A stretch of 64,000 nucleotides of DNA, taken from Oligoflexia bacterium. Lineage in GTDB: Bacteria > Bdellovibrionota > Bdellovibrionia > JABDDW01. The translations under genes were made by a program, and so were the position numbers. Positions 9,236 to 19,976 of the stretch are shown piece by piece (position 1 is the first letter of the stretch; each line of letters starts with the position of its first letter). The notes under the pieces are model-generated. The model was not told the origin of the DNA and searched no databases. It saw nothing but the letters and a program-made list of their open reading frames with translations. The stretch spans positions 10,077 to 74,076 of the forward strand of contig JAYTHU010000094.1 of assembly GCA_043732305.1 (NCBI GenBank), written 5' to 3'.

Positions 9236-10735
9236 GTGAAACTCTCTGAACTCCTTCAAGATTTAACTCCTGTCTACATCAAAGCCCCTCAGGCTTCGGC
9301 GTCTGTGGAGGTCACTGGTATTTGCCATGATTCTCGCGTATTCCATGCCGGCAATCTCTTTGTAGCGGTACGCGGTCATCAATTTGATGGCCATTTATTT
9401 GTGTCAGCGGCTTGCGATTTGGGAGCTAGTGCAGTCATGGTCGAAGACGATCACATGGTACCGAGTAAATTTAAAGGTGCCGTGATCAAAGTTAAAAACT
9501 CTCGGAAGAGCATCGACGTCCTTGCTTCGCGATTTTATAATTTCCCTTCGGAGCATCTTTTCGTAGTGGGGGTGACGGGCACGAATGGCAAAACCACAAC
9601 CACTCATATGATCGAGGCGATTTTAAATCCCGAACTGCCAACATCAGTGATGGGCACCATCGATTATCATTTTGGCGGACATGTTTCTGCTTCTACTCAC
9701 ACCACTCCAGATGCCTTGCAAATTCAAAAATATTTTTCTGAGTGGGTCAAGATGGGAGCCAAGGCAGTTGCGGTCGAAGTTTCTTCACATGCACTGTCAC
9801 TAAATAGAGTCGATTCCGTGCAGTTTGATGCTGCGGTGTTTACTAATCTCACTCGCGATCATTTAGATTTTCATAAAACTATGGCCCTCTACGAGCAAGC
9901 TAAATCGAAACTATTTAGTGAAGTTTTAGTTAAATCTATCAAGAAATCTAAACGTGCTATTGTGAATGGAGATGATCCACACGCCTTTTCTATGATGTCC
10001 CGCGAGGTCCCAACCTGGACTTATGGGTTGAGAAGTGGCGACATAAAAATTCTTAATCATAAGTTGACTCTCGATAAATCTGAAATGACAGTGCAGACAC
10101 CTTGCGGAGTGACAACTGTAGAACTTTCGATGATTGGTCTTCACAATTTATATAACGCCATGGCAGCCATCGGCGTGGGTTTACACGCGGGAATGGACCT
10201 AAAAAATATTTCAGAAAAACTTTCCTATCTCAAATCTGTTCGCGGAAGACTCGAACGCGTAGATGCACCGCACAGTTCAATAAGAGTTTTTGTTGACTAT
10301 GCGCACACTGATGACGCACTCAGGAGCAGCCTCACTTTTTTAAAAGATCTTCGTGCGCAATCAGGCGAAAAAAATCGCATTATCACGATGTTCGGTTGCG
10401 GCGGCGATAGAGACAGGGGCAAAAGGCCTCTTATGATGAAGACGGCAGAAAGTCTTTCTGATCTCGTTATTGTAACCAGTGACAATCCTCGAACGGAAAA
10501 TCCCGAGAGCATTATTGATGAAGTTTTAGCTGGTGCGACTCCAATGAGAATCGCCGATGGCATTATTTTGGTTGAGGCGGACAGGCGTAAAGCCATTGCT
10601 TTGGCTATAAAAAAGGCAGATCCTGGAGATGTGGTTCTTATTGCTGGCAAAGGTCATGAGGACTATCAAATCATTGGCACTAAAAAATTTCCTTTTGACG
10701 ATCTAAAAATCGCTATGGAGGCACTGAACTCATGA
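9236..10735 (+). CDS. murE: UDP-MurNAc-tripeptide synthetase MurE (meso-DAP type)
   Basis: GVTGTNGKTT, EVSSH, VDYAHT, DNPR (DAP specificity), AGKGHEDYQ. Confidence 0.97.
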   Translation: MKLSELLQDLTPVYIKAPQASASVEVTGICHDSRVFHAGNLFVAVRGHQFDGHLFVSAACDLGASAVMVEDDHMVPSKFKGAVIKVKNSRKSIDVLASRFYNFPSEHLFVVGVTGTNGKTTTTHMIEAILNPELPTSVMGTIDYHFGGHVSASTHTTPDALQIQKYFSEWVKMGAKAVAVEVSSHALSLNRVDSVQFDAAVFTNLTRDHLDFHKTMALYEQAKSKLFSEVLVKSIKKSKRAIVNGDDPHAFSMMSREVPTWTYGLRSGDIKILNHKLTLDKSEMTVQTPCGVTTVELSMIGLHNLYNAMAAIGVGLHAGMDLKNISEKLSYLKSVRGRLERVDAPHSSIRVFVDYAHTDDALRSSLTFLKDLRAQSGEKNRIITMFGCGGDRDRGKRPLMMKTAESLSDLVIVTSDNPRTENPESIIDEVLAGATPMRIADGIILVEADRRKAIALAIKKADPGDVVLIAGKGHEDYQIIGTKKFPFDDLKIAMEALNS

Positions 10736-12126
10736 GCGTATGGAAAATCGAAAACTTAGTTGATGCTACGGCGGGAATACTTTCGCACCGAGGCACTTGC
10801 ACTTTGGATGGTGTAGGCACGGACACTCGCTCGAATCTCAATAATAAAATATTTTTCGCGTTGAAAGGCGAAAATTTTGATGCCCATGATTACGTAGAAG
10901 TTGCCATTCAAAATGGTGCATCCGCTGTGATTGTGGATCGACATATCTCCGTGAGTGTTGGCGCCGACGTGCATGTTGTTGTGGTTGAGGATGTCTTAAA
11001 AGCTTTGCAAAAATTTGCAAGCTGGCATCGCAAGCAGTGGCACGGAAAAATGATTGGACTCACGGGAAGCAATGGAAAAACAACTACCAAAGAATTTATT
11101 TATACAATTCTGAGCATGAAACATCTCACGGCTTGCACTCAGGGAAATTTAAATAATCATATTGGAGTTCCACTCACACTTTTAGATTTGCGTGAGGAAC
11201 ATAAGTTTTCAGTTGTCGAAATGGGAATGAGCCATGCCCATGAAATAGAAGAACTCGTGCAAATGAGTTTGCCAGATGTTGTTCTTGTGACCAACGTAGG
11301 CACTGCTCACATCGAAAGTTTTGGCACCATAGATAAAATCGCAAATGCGAAGGAAGAAATTTATGAATTCGCACTACCACACGCAACGCGAATTTATAAT
11401 CTCGATGACGAATATACAGCAATGATGCGAGCTCGCGCTCCCGGCGGTTGCAAGATTCTCACTTATTCGAGTCACACCCGTGACGTGAATGTTTCTTTGA
11501 AAGAAAAGTTTTTTACTTTTGACTACCTTGAAGTTCAAGGAGTCATTGGTGAAGATCCCGGTCAGGCCAGAGTTCCAGTGTTCGGGCGCCATCAAATTTC
11601 TAACTGTATGGCTGCTGCTGCTGTTGGGCTTGCATTCAATATTGATGCTCCCACAATTTGGAAAGGCCTTACTAAATTCCATGGCAGTTGGGGGCGCGGA
11701 CAAATTGTAGAACTCACAGGTGGAGCAAAAGTTTTGTTTGATGCTTACAATGCGAATCCAGATAGCACGAAGGTCGCGCTGGATAATTTTTCTCGTTTGA
11801 AAATACTCGGCAAAAAATATCTTGTGCTGGGAGATATGCTGGAGCTTGGCATAGACTCTCCACAACTCCATTTTGAAATTGGGCGAGAAGCTTCAAAACT
11901 TAATCCGGATGGAGTTTTGTTGATTGGCCAATTTGCAAATGACATTGGCCGGGGAATGCAAGATGCTGGATATAAGAAAACTACTGTAATATCAAAGACT
12001 TATGAAGAAAAGCTTGCAGCTCAAATGGGGAACATGCTAGAAACTGGAGACGTTGTTTTGGTTAAAGGATCTCGCGGGATGAAGCTTGAACGAGCAGTTC
12101 AGCTTTGGAGTCCGCTCAACTTTTGA
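10732..12126 (+). CDS. murF: UDP-MurNAc-pentapeptide synthetase MurF
   Basis: TGSNGKTTTK, NNHIGVP, EMGM, DAYNANP, KGSRG. Confidence 0.97.
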   Translation: MSVWKIENLVDATAGILSHRGTCTLDGVGTDTRSNLNNKIFFALKGENFDAHDYVEVAIQNGASAVIVDRHISVSVGADVHVVVVEDVLKALQKFASWHRKQWHGKMIGLTGSNGKTTTKEFIYTILSMKHLTACTQGNLNNHIGVPLTLLDLREEHKFSVVEMGMSHAHEIEELVQMSLPDVVLVTNVGTAHIESFGTIDKIANAKEEIYEFALPHATRIYNLDDEYTAMMRARAPGGCKILTYSSHTRDVNVSLKEKFFTFDYLEVQGVIGEDPGQARVPVFGRHQISNCMAAAAVGLAFNIDAPTIWKGLTKFHGSWGRGQIVELTGGAKVLFDAYNANPDSTKVALDNFSRLKILGKKYLVLGDMLELGIDSPQLHFEIGREASKLNPDGVLLIGQFANDIGRGMQDAGYKKTTVISKTYEEKLAAQMGNMLETGDVVLVKGSRGMKLERAVQLWSPLNF

Positions 12127-12148
12127 GAGCGAAAAAACTTAGATAAAA

Positions 12149-13225
12149 ATGTTATATCAATTTCTCTACTCGCTGCATGAAAAAATTTCTTTCTTCAACG
12201 TCTTTAAGTATCTTACTTTCAGATCGCTTATGTCTTTTTTGACTGCGTTTCTTTCTTGCTGGCTATTAGGCCCAAGATTTATTCGCGGACTTCAATCTCA
12301 ACAAATGAAACAAAGCATTCGCGAAGATGGACCAAAATCACATCTCTCGAAAAATGGCACGCCCACTATGGGTGGCGCTCTCATTTTACTCAGCATTTTT
12401 ATCACAAGCGTTCTCTGGGCAGACGTTTCCAACATCATGATTTGGTGCGCACTTTTTGTTTGCGCAGGCTTCGGTCTCATCGGTTACACTGATGATTATT
12501 TGAAAGTCAGTAAGAAAAACAGCAAGGGACTTTCCGGTAAATTGAGATTGCTGTTAGAATTTGCGATTGCGGCCGTTGTTTGTTTCATCGTTTATAAATC
12601 ATCTGATGCTGCTTCTACTTTAGATTTTCCCTTCTTCAAGGGCGCCGTCATCCACATGGGCGCTTGGTACATTCCTTTCGGCATGCTTGTGATTGTGGGA
12701 ACGGCAAATGCCGTGAATCTCACTGACGGACTAGACGGCTTGGCCATCGGTCCTGTGATGATCAGTGCTCTGACTCTCGCCATTCTTGCCTACGTTTGCG
12801 GGAATGCTAAAATCGCTGGATATTTACAAATTCCATTCGTCAAAGGTTCTGGAGAGCTAGCTATTGTTTGCATGGCCGTGGCAGCATCTGGTTTAGGTTT
12901 TTTATGGTACAACACCTATCCTGCCCAAGTTTTTATGGGAGATGTTGGTTCTCTAAGTTTAGGCGGAATTTTGGGGACGATTGCGGTACTGACTAAGAAT
13001 GAAATTTTGATGGTTGTCCTCGGCGGGATTTTCGTAGTCGAAGCTCTGTCCGTCATCATTCAAGTGGTTTCTTTTAAAACCACTGGTAAAAGAGTTTTTA
13101 AAATGGCTCCGATTCATCATCACTTTGAACTCAAAGGATGGGCGGAGCCAAAAGTGATTGTGCGTTTTTGGATAATTAGTATATTGCTCGCGATACTTGC
13201 GTTGAGCACTTTGAAGTTGAGGTAA
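12149..13225 (+). CDS. mraY: Phospho-MurNAc-pentapeptide transferase MraY
   Basis: [31 protein letters not shown]. Confidence 0.98.
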   Translation: MLYQFLYSLHEKISFFNVFKYLTFRSLMSFLTAFLSCWLLGPRFIRGLQSQQMKQSIREDGPKSHLSKNGTPTMGGALILLSIFITSVLWADVSNIMIWCALFVCAGFGLIGYTDDYLKVSKKNSKGLSGKLRLLLEFAIAAVVCFIVYKSSDAASTLDFPFFKGAVIHMGAWYIPFGMLVIVGTANAVNLTDGLDGLAIGPVMISALTLAILAYVCGNAKIAGYLQIPFVKGSGELAIVCMAVAASGLGFLWYNTYPAQVFMGDVGSLSLGGILGTIAVLTKNEILMVVLGGIFVVEALSVIIQVVSFKTTGKRVFKMAPIHHHFELKGWAEPKVIVRFWIISILLAILALSTLKLR

Positions 13226-13233
13226 TTTTCTTG

Positions 13234-14640
13234 ATGACCAAATATAAAGACAAAAAAGTTCTCATTGTTGGCGCGCAGAATTCGGGAATTTCGCTAGCGA
13301 AATTCTTTAGCCAGCAAGGTGCAAAGATAACTATTAGCGATCTCAAGACCAAAGAACAATTGGGTGGGGTGGTTGATCAATTGGAAGAATTTGAACCAGC
13401 CTGGGACTTGGGTGGACATTCTATCAAAGCCTTTACTGGCCAAGATTTAATTGTTCTAAGTCCTGGTGTGAATCCTCACCACAAGACAATTGAGGCTGCA
13501 AAAGCAGCGGGAGTTCCCATCACTGGCGAACTTGAACTTGCTTCTACCTTCATCAAAGATCCAATCATTGCCATCACGGGGACCAACGGAAAATCGACTG
13601 TCACAAAACTTGTGTATGAGTTTTTGAAGGCATCGGAAATTCCCACATGGATTGGTGGAAATTACGGCGTGCCTTTGATTGAGTACGTCATGCAAAAAGC
13701 GAAAGCTAAGGTTCTAGTAGTAGAACTTTCCAGTTTCCAACTGGAAACCATTGATACCTTTAAGCCTAATCATGCAGTTCTGCTGAATATGGCCGAAGAT
13801 CATTTGGACAGATACAAGTCTCCCCAAGATTATTATATCGCCAAAAAGCGTATTTTTAAAAATGCCGGCGTTGAGACTGTTTCCATTCTGAATGCGGATG
13901 ACTCGATGGTCATCGATACTGCCAGAGATCCTTTAGTGCAAAGATCTAAGCTGCAGTATTTTTCTAAAAAAGCGGGTCTGGAAGAGCAAATCAAGAAAAT
14001 TGGCGGGGCTGTTTGCCTGACTATTCATGGTGGCCAAGAAGTTCGCTTCTATCAGCCACCCAAACTTGGGGCTCAAACTGGGGAAATGGAAAAGTTCAGT
14101 CTCGCAAAAATGAAGTTGCGCGGAAAACATAATATCGAAAACGTCATGGCTGCTATCATTTGTGCACGCGCGTACGGCGCAAAGCCTGAAGCCATCCAAC
14201 AAGTCATCAATGCTTTCCCTGGACTGCCTCACAGGCTCGAGTTTGTGAAAAGTCGCGGCGGAGTCGCTTTCTATAATGACTCCAAAGCTACCAACGTTTC
14301 TGCAGTGGTGCGAGCACTGGAAGCCTTCAATGAACCCGTGATTTTGATCGCGGGAGGTAAAGACAAGGGAGTGGACTTCGGGCCGCTCGTTGACCCTGTA
14401 ACGCGCAAAGTTAAGAATCTGATCCTCATGGGTGAGTCCAAAGAGCGTCTCAATCGGGTGATTGGGGACTTCAGCGAGACCTTCATTATTGGTACTTTTG
14501 AGGAAGCTGTTCTAGTGGCTTACCAAAAGTCTAGGAGTGGCGACGTTATTTTATTAAGTCCTGGTTGCTCTAGCTTCGATAGATTTGCTAACTTTGAAGA
14601 ACGTGGAAATTACTTCAAAGAACTTATCCAAAAGCTTTAG
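13234..14640 (+). CDS. murD: UDP-MurNAc-L-Ala-D-Glu ligase MurD
   Basis: SPG, ITGTNGKST, ELSSFQL, DHLDRY, NDSKATN, LSPGCSSFD. Confidence 0.97.
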   Translation: MTKYKDKKVLIVGAQNSGISLAKFFSQQGAKITISDLKTKEQLGGVVDQLEEFEPAWDLGGHSIKAFTGQDLIVLSPGVNPHHKTIEAAKAAGVPITGELELASTFIKDPIIAITGTNGKSTVTKLVYEFLKASEIPTWIGGNYGVPLIEYVMQKAKAKVLVVELSSFQLETIDTFKPNHAVLLNMAEDHLDRYKSPQDYYIAKKRIFKNAGVETVSILNADDSMVIDTARDPLVQRSKLQYFSKKAGLEEQIKKIGGAVCLTIHGGQEVRFYQPPKLGAQTGEMEKFSLAKMKLRGKHNIENVMAAIICARAYGAKPEAIQQVINAFPGLPHRLEFVKSRGGVAFYNDSKATNVSAVVRALEAFNEPVILIAGGKDKGVDFGPLVDPVTRKVKNLILMGESKERLNRVIGDFSETFIIGTFEEAVLVAYQKSRSGDVILLSPGCSSFDRFANFEERGNYFKELIQKL

Positions 14641-15745
14641 TCCCGGTTTCGATCAGAGTTTACTTCTCAGCGTGTTTTCGTTGATGGGTATCGGACTGGT
14701 TTTGATCTACAGCGCGAGTTTTATTTTCGCGACTGAAACTTATGGCGATGGACTTTATTTTTTCAAACGACAATTGATTTTTACGTGCGTCGCTATTTTA
14801 TCTTTGTTCGGCGCAAGCCGCGTTCCCATTCGTTTTATAAAAAAACTTTTCTGGCCCCTCTACGGATTGATGATCTTTGGATTGGTGGCAACGCTAATCC
14901 CAGGATTTGCACATAAAGCGGGCGGAGCTTCCCGGTGGATTTCTCTGCCCGGTGGATTTCATCTTGAGCCGAGTGAAATTGCAAAACTCATGTCTGCTGT
15001 GATTTTTTCTTGGCTCATGACTTACGAGCGAAAGCCTGGAGCTCCATCTTCACGTTTTTGGTCCATGGCCATGGGCCTAGTTATATTTCCCATTCTGCTT
15101 TTATTGGGCGAACCTGATTTTGGCTCTTGCGTGATATTTTTTGGTGTGGGTCTCACTCTGCTTTTTTGTTTTGGTCTTCCGTGGAGTTATTTGATTTCAG
15201 CATTCTTAGTTGCCTTGCCAACTTTTTATCTTTTAGTTATGCGAGTGGATTATAGACGGCGAAGAGTTTTGGCATTTTTAAATCCTTGGTCTGATGTTTC
15301 TAACAGTGGATTCCAAGTGATTCAATCGCTTCTCAGTTTCCATGCGGGTGGTTTTTGGGGAACGGGACTTGGCAAAGGCCAGTCGAAACTTTATTTTTTG
15401 CCAGAAGCGCACACTGATTTTATATTATCTGTCCTTGGTGAAGAAACTGGATTTTTTGGTTTTGCTATCGTGACTCTTTTATTTGTTTGGGTGGTGTTGC
15501 GCGGTTTGCAAATAGCGATGCGTGCACAAGATCCGTTTGCGCGACGTTTAGCCGTAGGCTTAAGCAGTCTCATTGGTTATCAAGCTGTCATCAACATGGG
15601 TGTGGTCACGGGTCTGTTGCCAACTAAGGGTCTCACAATGCCATTTCTTTCTTACGGCGGGAGTAGTTTGGTTGCAGTGAGCCTAGCTTGTGGCGTGCTT
15701 GTGCGAATTCATAAGGAAGCCGGCATTCAAAATGCTCAAAAATAG
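14585..15745 (+). CDS. ftsW: Peptidoglycan glycosyltransferase FtsW
   Basis: Multi-TM SEDS protein: GASRWI, EPSEIAK, PDFG, LPEAHTDF, PFLSYGGSS; start uncertain (TTG 14585 or GTG 14603), overlaps murD end. Confidence 0.95.
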   Translation: MLTLKNVEITSKNLSKSFSPGFDQSLLLSVFSLMGIGLVLIYSASFIFATETYGDGLYFFKRQLIFTCVAILSLFGASRVPIRFIKKLFWPLYGLMIFGLVATLIPGFAHKAGGASRWISLPGGFHLEPSEIAKLMSAVIFSWLMTYERKPGAPSSRFWSMAMGLVIFPILLLLGEPDFGSCVIFFGVGLTLLFCFGLPWSYLISAFLVALPTFYLLVMRVDYRRRRVLAFLNPWSDVSNSGFQVIQSLLSFHAGGFWGTGLGKGQSKLYFLPEAHTDFILSVLGEETGFFGFAIVTLLFVWVVLRGLQIAMRAQDPFARRLAVGLSSLIGYQAVINMGVVTGLLPTKGLTMPFLSYGGSSLVAVSLACGVLVRIHKEAGIQNAQK

Positions 15746-15769
15746 AATATTTTTAGGTTTGGAAAACTT

Positions 15770-16864
15770 ATGAGTAATCTTATTCTAATAGCCGGTGGCG
15801 GTACCGGCGGTCACATTTATCCAGCTATAGCCATCGCACAGAAAATTAAAAAAATCGATCCAAGTGTCACGATTGAATTTGTGGGGACAGAGTTGGGCCT
15901 CGAGAAAAAAATCATTCCGCGTGAAGGTTACAAATTGCATTTTATCAAGGCTGCTGCCTTAAACAACGTGGGATTTCTAGCGAAGATTTTTTCTCTCGCT
16001 ATTTTGCCTTGGGGAATTCTTCAATCGATATTTTTAATTCTAAAATTAAAACCGCGCCTCGTTTTTGGCGTCGGTGGATATGCGTCTGGACCTATGATGT
16101 TTGCCGCCCTTTTACTTCGGCAAAAAACTTGCGTCTTTGAATCAAATGCGCATCCTGGTTTTACCAATCGGGTACTTGCTTCCTTTGTAAATCTAGCGTT
16201 TGTAAATTTCGAAGTATCAAAAAAGTTTTTTAAAAATGCTTTGGTTTTGGGATTTCCCGTGCGTGAAGGTATGAGCCCGGAATATCACGCTATCAAACAA
16301 TCTCGCCTATCAGACCAAAAGCTTAAAGTTTTGATCTTTGGTGGAAGCCAAGGAGCGCGCGGAATAAACAAGACTGTATTAGCTGCAATACAGAAATCAG
16401 ATCCGGTACAGAAATCCTGGTTGGAAGATTTTGAGATCGTTCATCAAATTGGATCTGCCGATTGGAAATTTTATGAGGGCGAGTATAAAAAACTTATTGC
16501 ACCTCAAGTAAAATATTTTGAATTTCTTTACGACATGCCAGAACGCTATCAGTGGGCCGATCTTGTTGTCTGCCGCGCGGGAGCGGCAACGCTTGCGGAG
16601 CTTGCCTGTTGCGGCAAAGCCGCTGTTTTAATTCCTTTCCCATTCGCATCAGATGATCATCAGCGAAAAAATGCCGAAGCTATGGTCAGTGCCGGCGCCG
16701 CACAGATGATCGTTCAAAATGATTTCACTCCCGAAAAATTTATCGCCACTTTGCAATACTATCGGCAAAATAGCGATGGTCTCAAGAATTTGGAAAACCA
16801 AATCATCAAATTTTATTCTCTCAACGCCTCCAAAGCGATTTCCCAAAAGATTTTGGCATTGTAA
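15770..16864 (+). CDS. murG: Lipid II GlcNAc transferase MurG
   Basis: GGGTGGHIYP, GGYAS, GGSQGA, CRAGA, DHQRKNA. Confidence 0.97.
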   Translation: MSNLILIAGGGTGGHIYPAIAIAQKIKKIDPSVTIEFVGTELGLEKKIIPREGYKLHFIKAAALNNVGFLAKIFSLAILPWGILQSIFLILKLKPRLVFGVGGYASGPMMFAALLLRQKTCVFESNAHPGFTNRVLASFVNLAFVNFEVSKKFFKNALVLGFPVREGMSPEYHAIKQSRLSDQKLKVLIFGGSQGARGINKTVLAAIQKSDPVQKSWLEDFEIVHQIGSADWKFYEGEYKKLIAPQVKYFEFLYDMPERYQWADLVVCRAGAATLAELACCGKAAVLIPFPFASDDHQRKNAEAMVSAGAAQMIVQNDFTPEKFIATLQYYRQNSDGLKNLENQIIKFYSLNASKAISQKILAL

Positions 16865-16866
16865 AT

Positions 16867-16907
16867 AAAAAATCCCCCGATTTTCGCTTGGCGATCAATC
16901 GGAGGAT
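16867..16907 (-). terminator. Rho-independent terminator for the minus-strand orphan gene
   Basis: Minus strand ATCCTCCGATT...AATCGGGGGAT stem (one G-U pair) followed by a T run. Confidence 0.7.
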
Positions 16908-16940
16908 GGGGGGTTCTCAGGGGGATGAGAACTTTAATTC

Positions 16941-18482
16941 TTAGTTAGTAGTAGATCTTGATCCAACGGATGAGCGCAATGGACCCAATCCAGTAGCTGG
17001 ACTCAAGGCAGCGACTTTTGCTCCATTGTTACCGAAGGGAGATAAACCGGGAAGATTTACATCGGTTGCTGTTGCACTTCTTCCGCAAACACGAGCCTGA
17101 TGATTTTGTCTCATGAGAGCATTTAAGTTGTCGTTGAAGTCAGTAGAATCAGCGGCTGTGTTTCCAGCACCGCAAGTGAAGCTGCTTGCAGCACTTGAAG
17201 CTGCCGTGTTGTCGGCAAGTGCAGAGGGTGCCCCGTCAAGACTGAATCCGAATGTTCCACCGGTTGCGACTGTTCCATTTTTGCCAGCTGACTTTGCATA
17301 TTTTTGAATGTCTGAATCTAAAGATTTAGTGATCGCAGTCAATCCAGCATTTGAAGAAGCTTGCACGCTTGAAAGATTTGCTCCAAATTGAGCGTAAGCG
17401 GGGTTTGCAGCTACCAAGTCTTTAGCAGAGTATCCACTGACACCTTCAACAAAGTTTTTCTTTGCCACTGCGGCCATATCAGTTACATTTTGACCAGCTT
17501 GTTTATATTCAGCGGCCATCGCGACCACTTGGCCGCGAATAGCGTTGGCACCAGCAATATCACCAGATGCTGCCAAGACATGAGCTCGATTAATATGTTC
17601 TTGAAGGAGCGTGTGCATTTTATCGAATCGTTGATACTGTGCGCTGGCTTGAGACATCAATGCATTATTGAGAAGTGCTTTGGTTGCGAAGTCTGAACTT
17701 TTGTTGCCACCGCTTCTGATAACATCGTTGAAATAACTCACAAAAGCAGAGTCTCTATCATTCACACCTGCGATCACATCATTAGTGTATTTTTCTGTGA
17801 CTAAAGCGAGCAATTCGTTTCCGCGTTTTTTATCGACCGCTTTGTCAGATGCTAAGTAGTTTTCAATCTTATCTTTAGCGTAATCCATTCGAGCTTGGCT
17901 GGAAATGGTGTCGTCATTGATAAAGTTTTTCAAAAGAGTCTGCGCTTTTTTGGCGGCGTCATTTTTTGATTTAGCAGAAGCTTCAGAATTTTGGCTTATT
18001 GCCAATTGGGCATCTATCTTATCAGTGAAACATTTTGCGCGATCATCACCTTCGATTTCAATTCCGTCTTTATCTTCTTTGCAATTCTTTTGAGCGAGAT
18101 CATGCTCTTTTATTTCTTTATTGGTGAGTTTCGAAGTGTCTTTTCCTTGATCTAATTTTGCTACAATTTGAGCAGCCTGTTCTTTTGCTTTAGCTAAAGT
18201 AGACAATTCGTCTGCGCCTGCAGAAACCGTAAGGTCAGCATCTTTTAATTCACTCATTCGATCTTTATGATTTTTGAAATCGATAGTGGTGTTCTTTCCT
18301 TTTTGAATGATGTCGTATACGTAATCGTTGTTTATGAGGAGCCCGGAAGACAGTGTCTTCACTTCGCTCGCGATCACAGACATTGGTGCTGGTGGCCCCA
18401 TCAGTTCAGTAGCTTTGGCCATGCTGTAATAAGCGATGGTGAACAGTAATGTCAGACCGAGTGTTAAATAAATCTTCTTCAT
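16941..18482 (-). CDS. Large secreted hypothetical protein
   Basis: ATG 18482 after GAGGGAG RBS; signal peptide MKKIYLTLGLTLLFTIAYYSMAKA; helical/coiled-coil body, 4 Cys, Ala/Ser/Gly-rich tail. Confidence 0.8.
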   Translation of the reverse strand: MKKIYLTLGLTLLFTIAYYSMAKATELMGPPAPMSVIASEVKTLSSGLLINNDYVYDIIQKGKNTTIDFKNHKDRMSELKDADLTVSAGADELSTLAKAKEQAAQIVAKLDQGKDTSKLTNKEIKEHDLAQKNCKEDKDGIEIEGDDRAKCFTDKIDAQLAISQNSEASAKSKNDAAKKAQTLLKNFINDDTISSQARMDYAKDKIENYLASDKAVDKKRGNELLALVTEKYTNDVIAGVNDRDSAFVSYFNDVIRSGGNKSSDFATKALLNNALMSQASAQYQRFDKMHTLLQEHINRAHVLAASGDIAGANAIRGQVVAMAAEYKQAGQNVTDMAAVAKKNFVEGVSGYSAKDLVAANPAYAQFGANLSSVQASSNAGLTAITKSLDSDIQKYAKSAGKNGTVATGGTFGFSLDGAPSALADNTAASSAASSFTCGAGNTAADSTDFNDNLNALMRQNHQARVCGRSATATDVNLPGLSPFGNNGAKVAALSPATGLGPLRSSVGSRSTTN

Positions 18483-18749
18483 AAATTCTCCCTCTGAGAT
18501 CGTTATCACCCTGCCATCAAAGCTTGAGGTGGTTACATAGGTTTACTAATCCAATAAACGAGCCGGTTGGCGTGAAGTGCTATGTGTTGATTTTAATTGA
18601 ACAATGATCGAACTTCGCACAAACATGGACTAACCGGTTTTGAGGCCTAATCCAACAGGCCTTAAGCATCTGAACTAAATTCCCGTGAGGTATTGAGGGG
18701 TTGGTCCTGTAAAGACTCTTGACAGGCCTAACGACACTAAGCGACAACA

Positions 18750-19976
18750 ATGGACCAATATATGAGATTTGAATTTTTATCCGCTCCAAAAGAGCTCTTT
18801 TTTAAGTCTACTCCTCCCATTGCTTCAGGCAAGAGTGCCCTCAATTGGGACAGTTGGACTTGGCAAATGCAAAACCGTCTCGAAACCCAGAACGAGTATG
18901 CCTGTCACTTTAAGCTTACTCCTGATGAGGTAGAAGGTTTTCGCGATTCCGAAAACTTTTTCAAAATCTCGACTACACCTTACTACGCAAGCCTTGCATT
19001 GAACTGTGAGCCACTTCGAAAAGTCATCATGCCTACAGGTCAAGAAAAGCAAGCCGGAACCCAAGAAATGCCAGATCCGTTGGGCGAAGTTAAAAATGCT
19101 ACCGCCGCAAGACTGGTGCACCGCTATTCTGATCGCGTTCTTTTTCTGGTGACGGACACTTGTTCAATTTACTGTCGGTATTGTTTACGCAAGCACTTTA
19201 CCGGCAAGGATCAGGGGTTTTTAGGTTCTAAAGATTATGAAGAATCACTAACATATATTAAAAAGCATCCCGGGATTCGTGAGGTTATTTTATCAGGCGG
19301 AGATCCTCTCACGCTGGGTAATAACGTTTTAGATAGGATTTTAGGAGATATTCGCGCCATCGAACACGTAGAGATCATTCGCATTGGATCTCGTATGCCC
19401 GTTTTTTGTCCGCAACGAATTGATCTCGAACTCTGTGAGATTTTGAAAAAGCACAAACCGGTTTATGTGATGTCCCACATCAATCATCCAAAGGAACTTA
19501 CGGCTGAATCCGTTCTAGGGTTAACAAATCTAGTTGATCACGGGGTTCCTGTTTACAACCAAACAGTGTTGCTCAACGGCGTGAACAACCATGTGCACAT
19601 CATTCAGGCATTGAATCGACGACTCATTTATCTTCGTGTAAAACCCTATTATCTTTTCCAGTGCGATCCTAGTCAGGGGACAGATCATCTACGAACTAAA
19701 ATTGAAACGGGCGAAGCTATACAGCGGGAACTCTGGGGACATCTCTCAGGTTTGGCAATGGCAAATTTTTCTTTGGACATTCCTGCGGGCGGTGGCAAAA
19801 CAACCCTCGTGCCTAATTTCACAACTTTGAATACTCCGGAGCGTAGAGAGTTTGTGGGTTGGGATGGAAAAAGTGGTGAGTACCTCAATCCAGAGGGTAA
19901 AGAGATCCCACCTGCGGATCATGAAGAGTATGCTCGCGAGTGGAATTTACTTAAAGCTGGCAAACAAGAATTATAA
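18750..19976 (+). CDS. kamA: KamA-family radical SAM/PLP enzyme (lysine 2,3-aminomutase-like)
   Basis: CSIYCRYC, SGGDPL, RIGSRMP, NQTVLL, YLFQCD, DIPAGGGK (PLP lysine). Confidence 0.9.
   Translation: MDQYMRFEFLSAPKELFFKSTPPIASGKSALNWDSWTWQMQNRLETQNEYACHFKLTPDEVEGFRDSENFFKISTTPYYASLALNCEPLRKVIMPTGQEKQAGTQEMPDPLGEVKNATAARLVHRYSDRVLFLVTDTCSIYCRYCLRKHFTGKDQGFLGSKDYEESLTYIKKHPGIREVILSGGDPLTLGNNVLDRILGDIRAIEHVEIIRIGSRMPVFCPQRIDLELCEILKKHKPVYVMSHINHPKELTAESVLGLTNLVDHGVPVYNQTVLLNGVNNHVHIIQALNRRLIYLRVKPYYLFQCDPSQGTDHLRTKIETGEAIQRELWGHLSGLAMANFSLDIPAGGGKTTLVPNFTTLNTPERREFVGWDGKSGEYLNPEGKEIPPADHEEYAREWNLLKAGKQEL

Noticed and set aside
13234..13300. MurD N-terminal GAQNSG instead of GLGxSG as a sign of inactivation
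   Set aside because: All other catalytic motifs are intact and the frame is full length; likely ordinary divergence
18700..18732. Imperfect palindrome around TTGACA upstream of kamA
   Set aside because: 12/15 symmetry but no convincing -10 at proper spacing and no second copy noticed; too weak to call an operator
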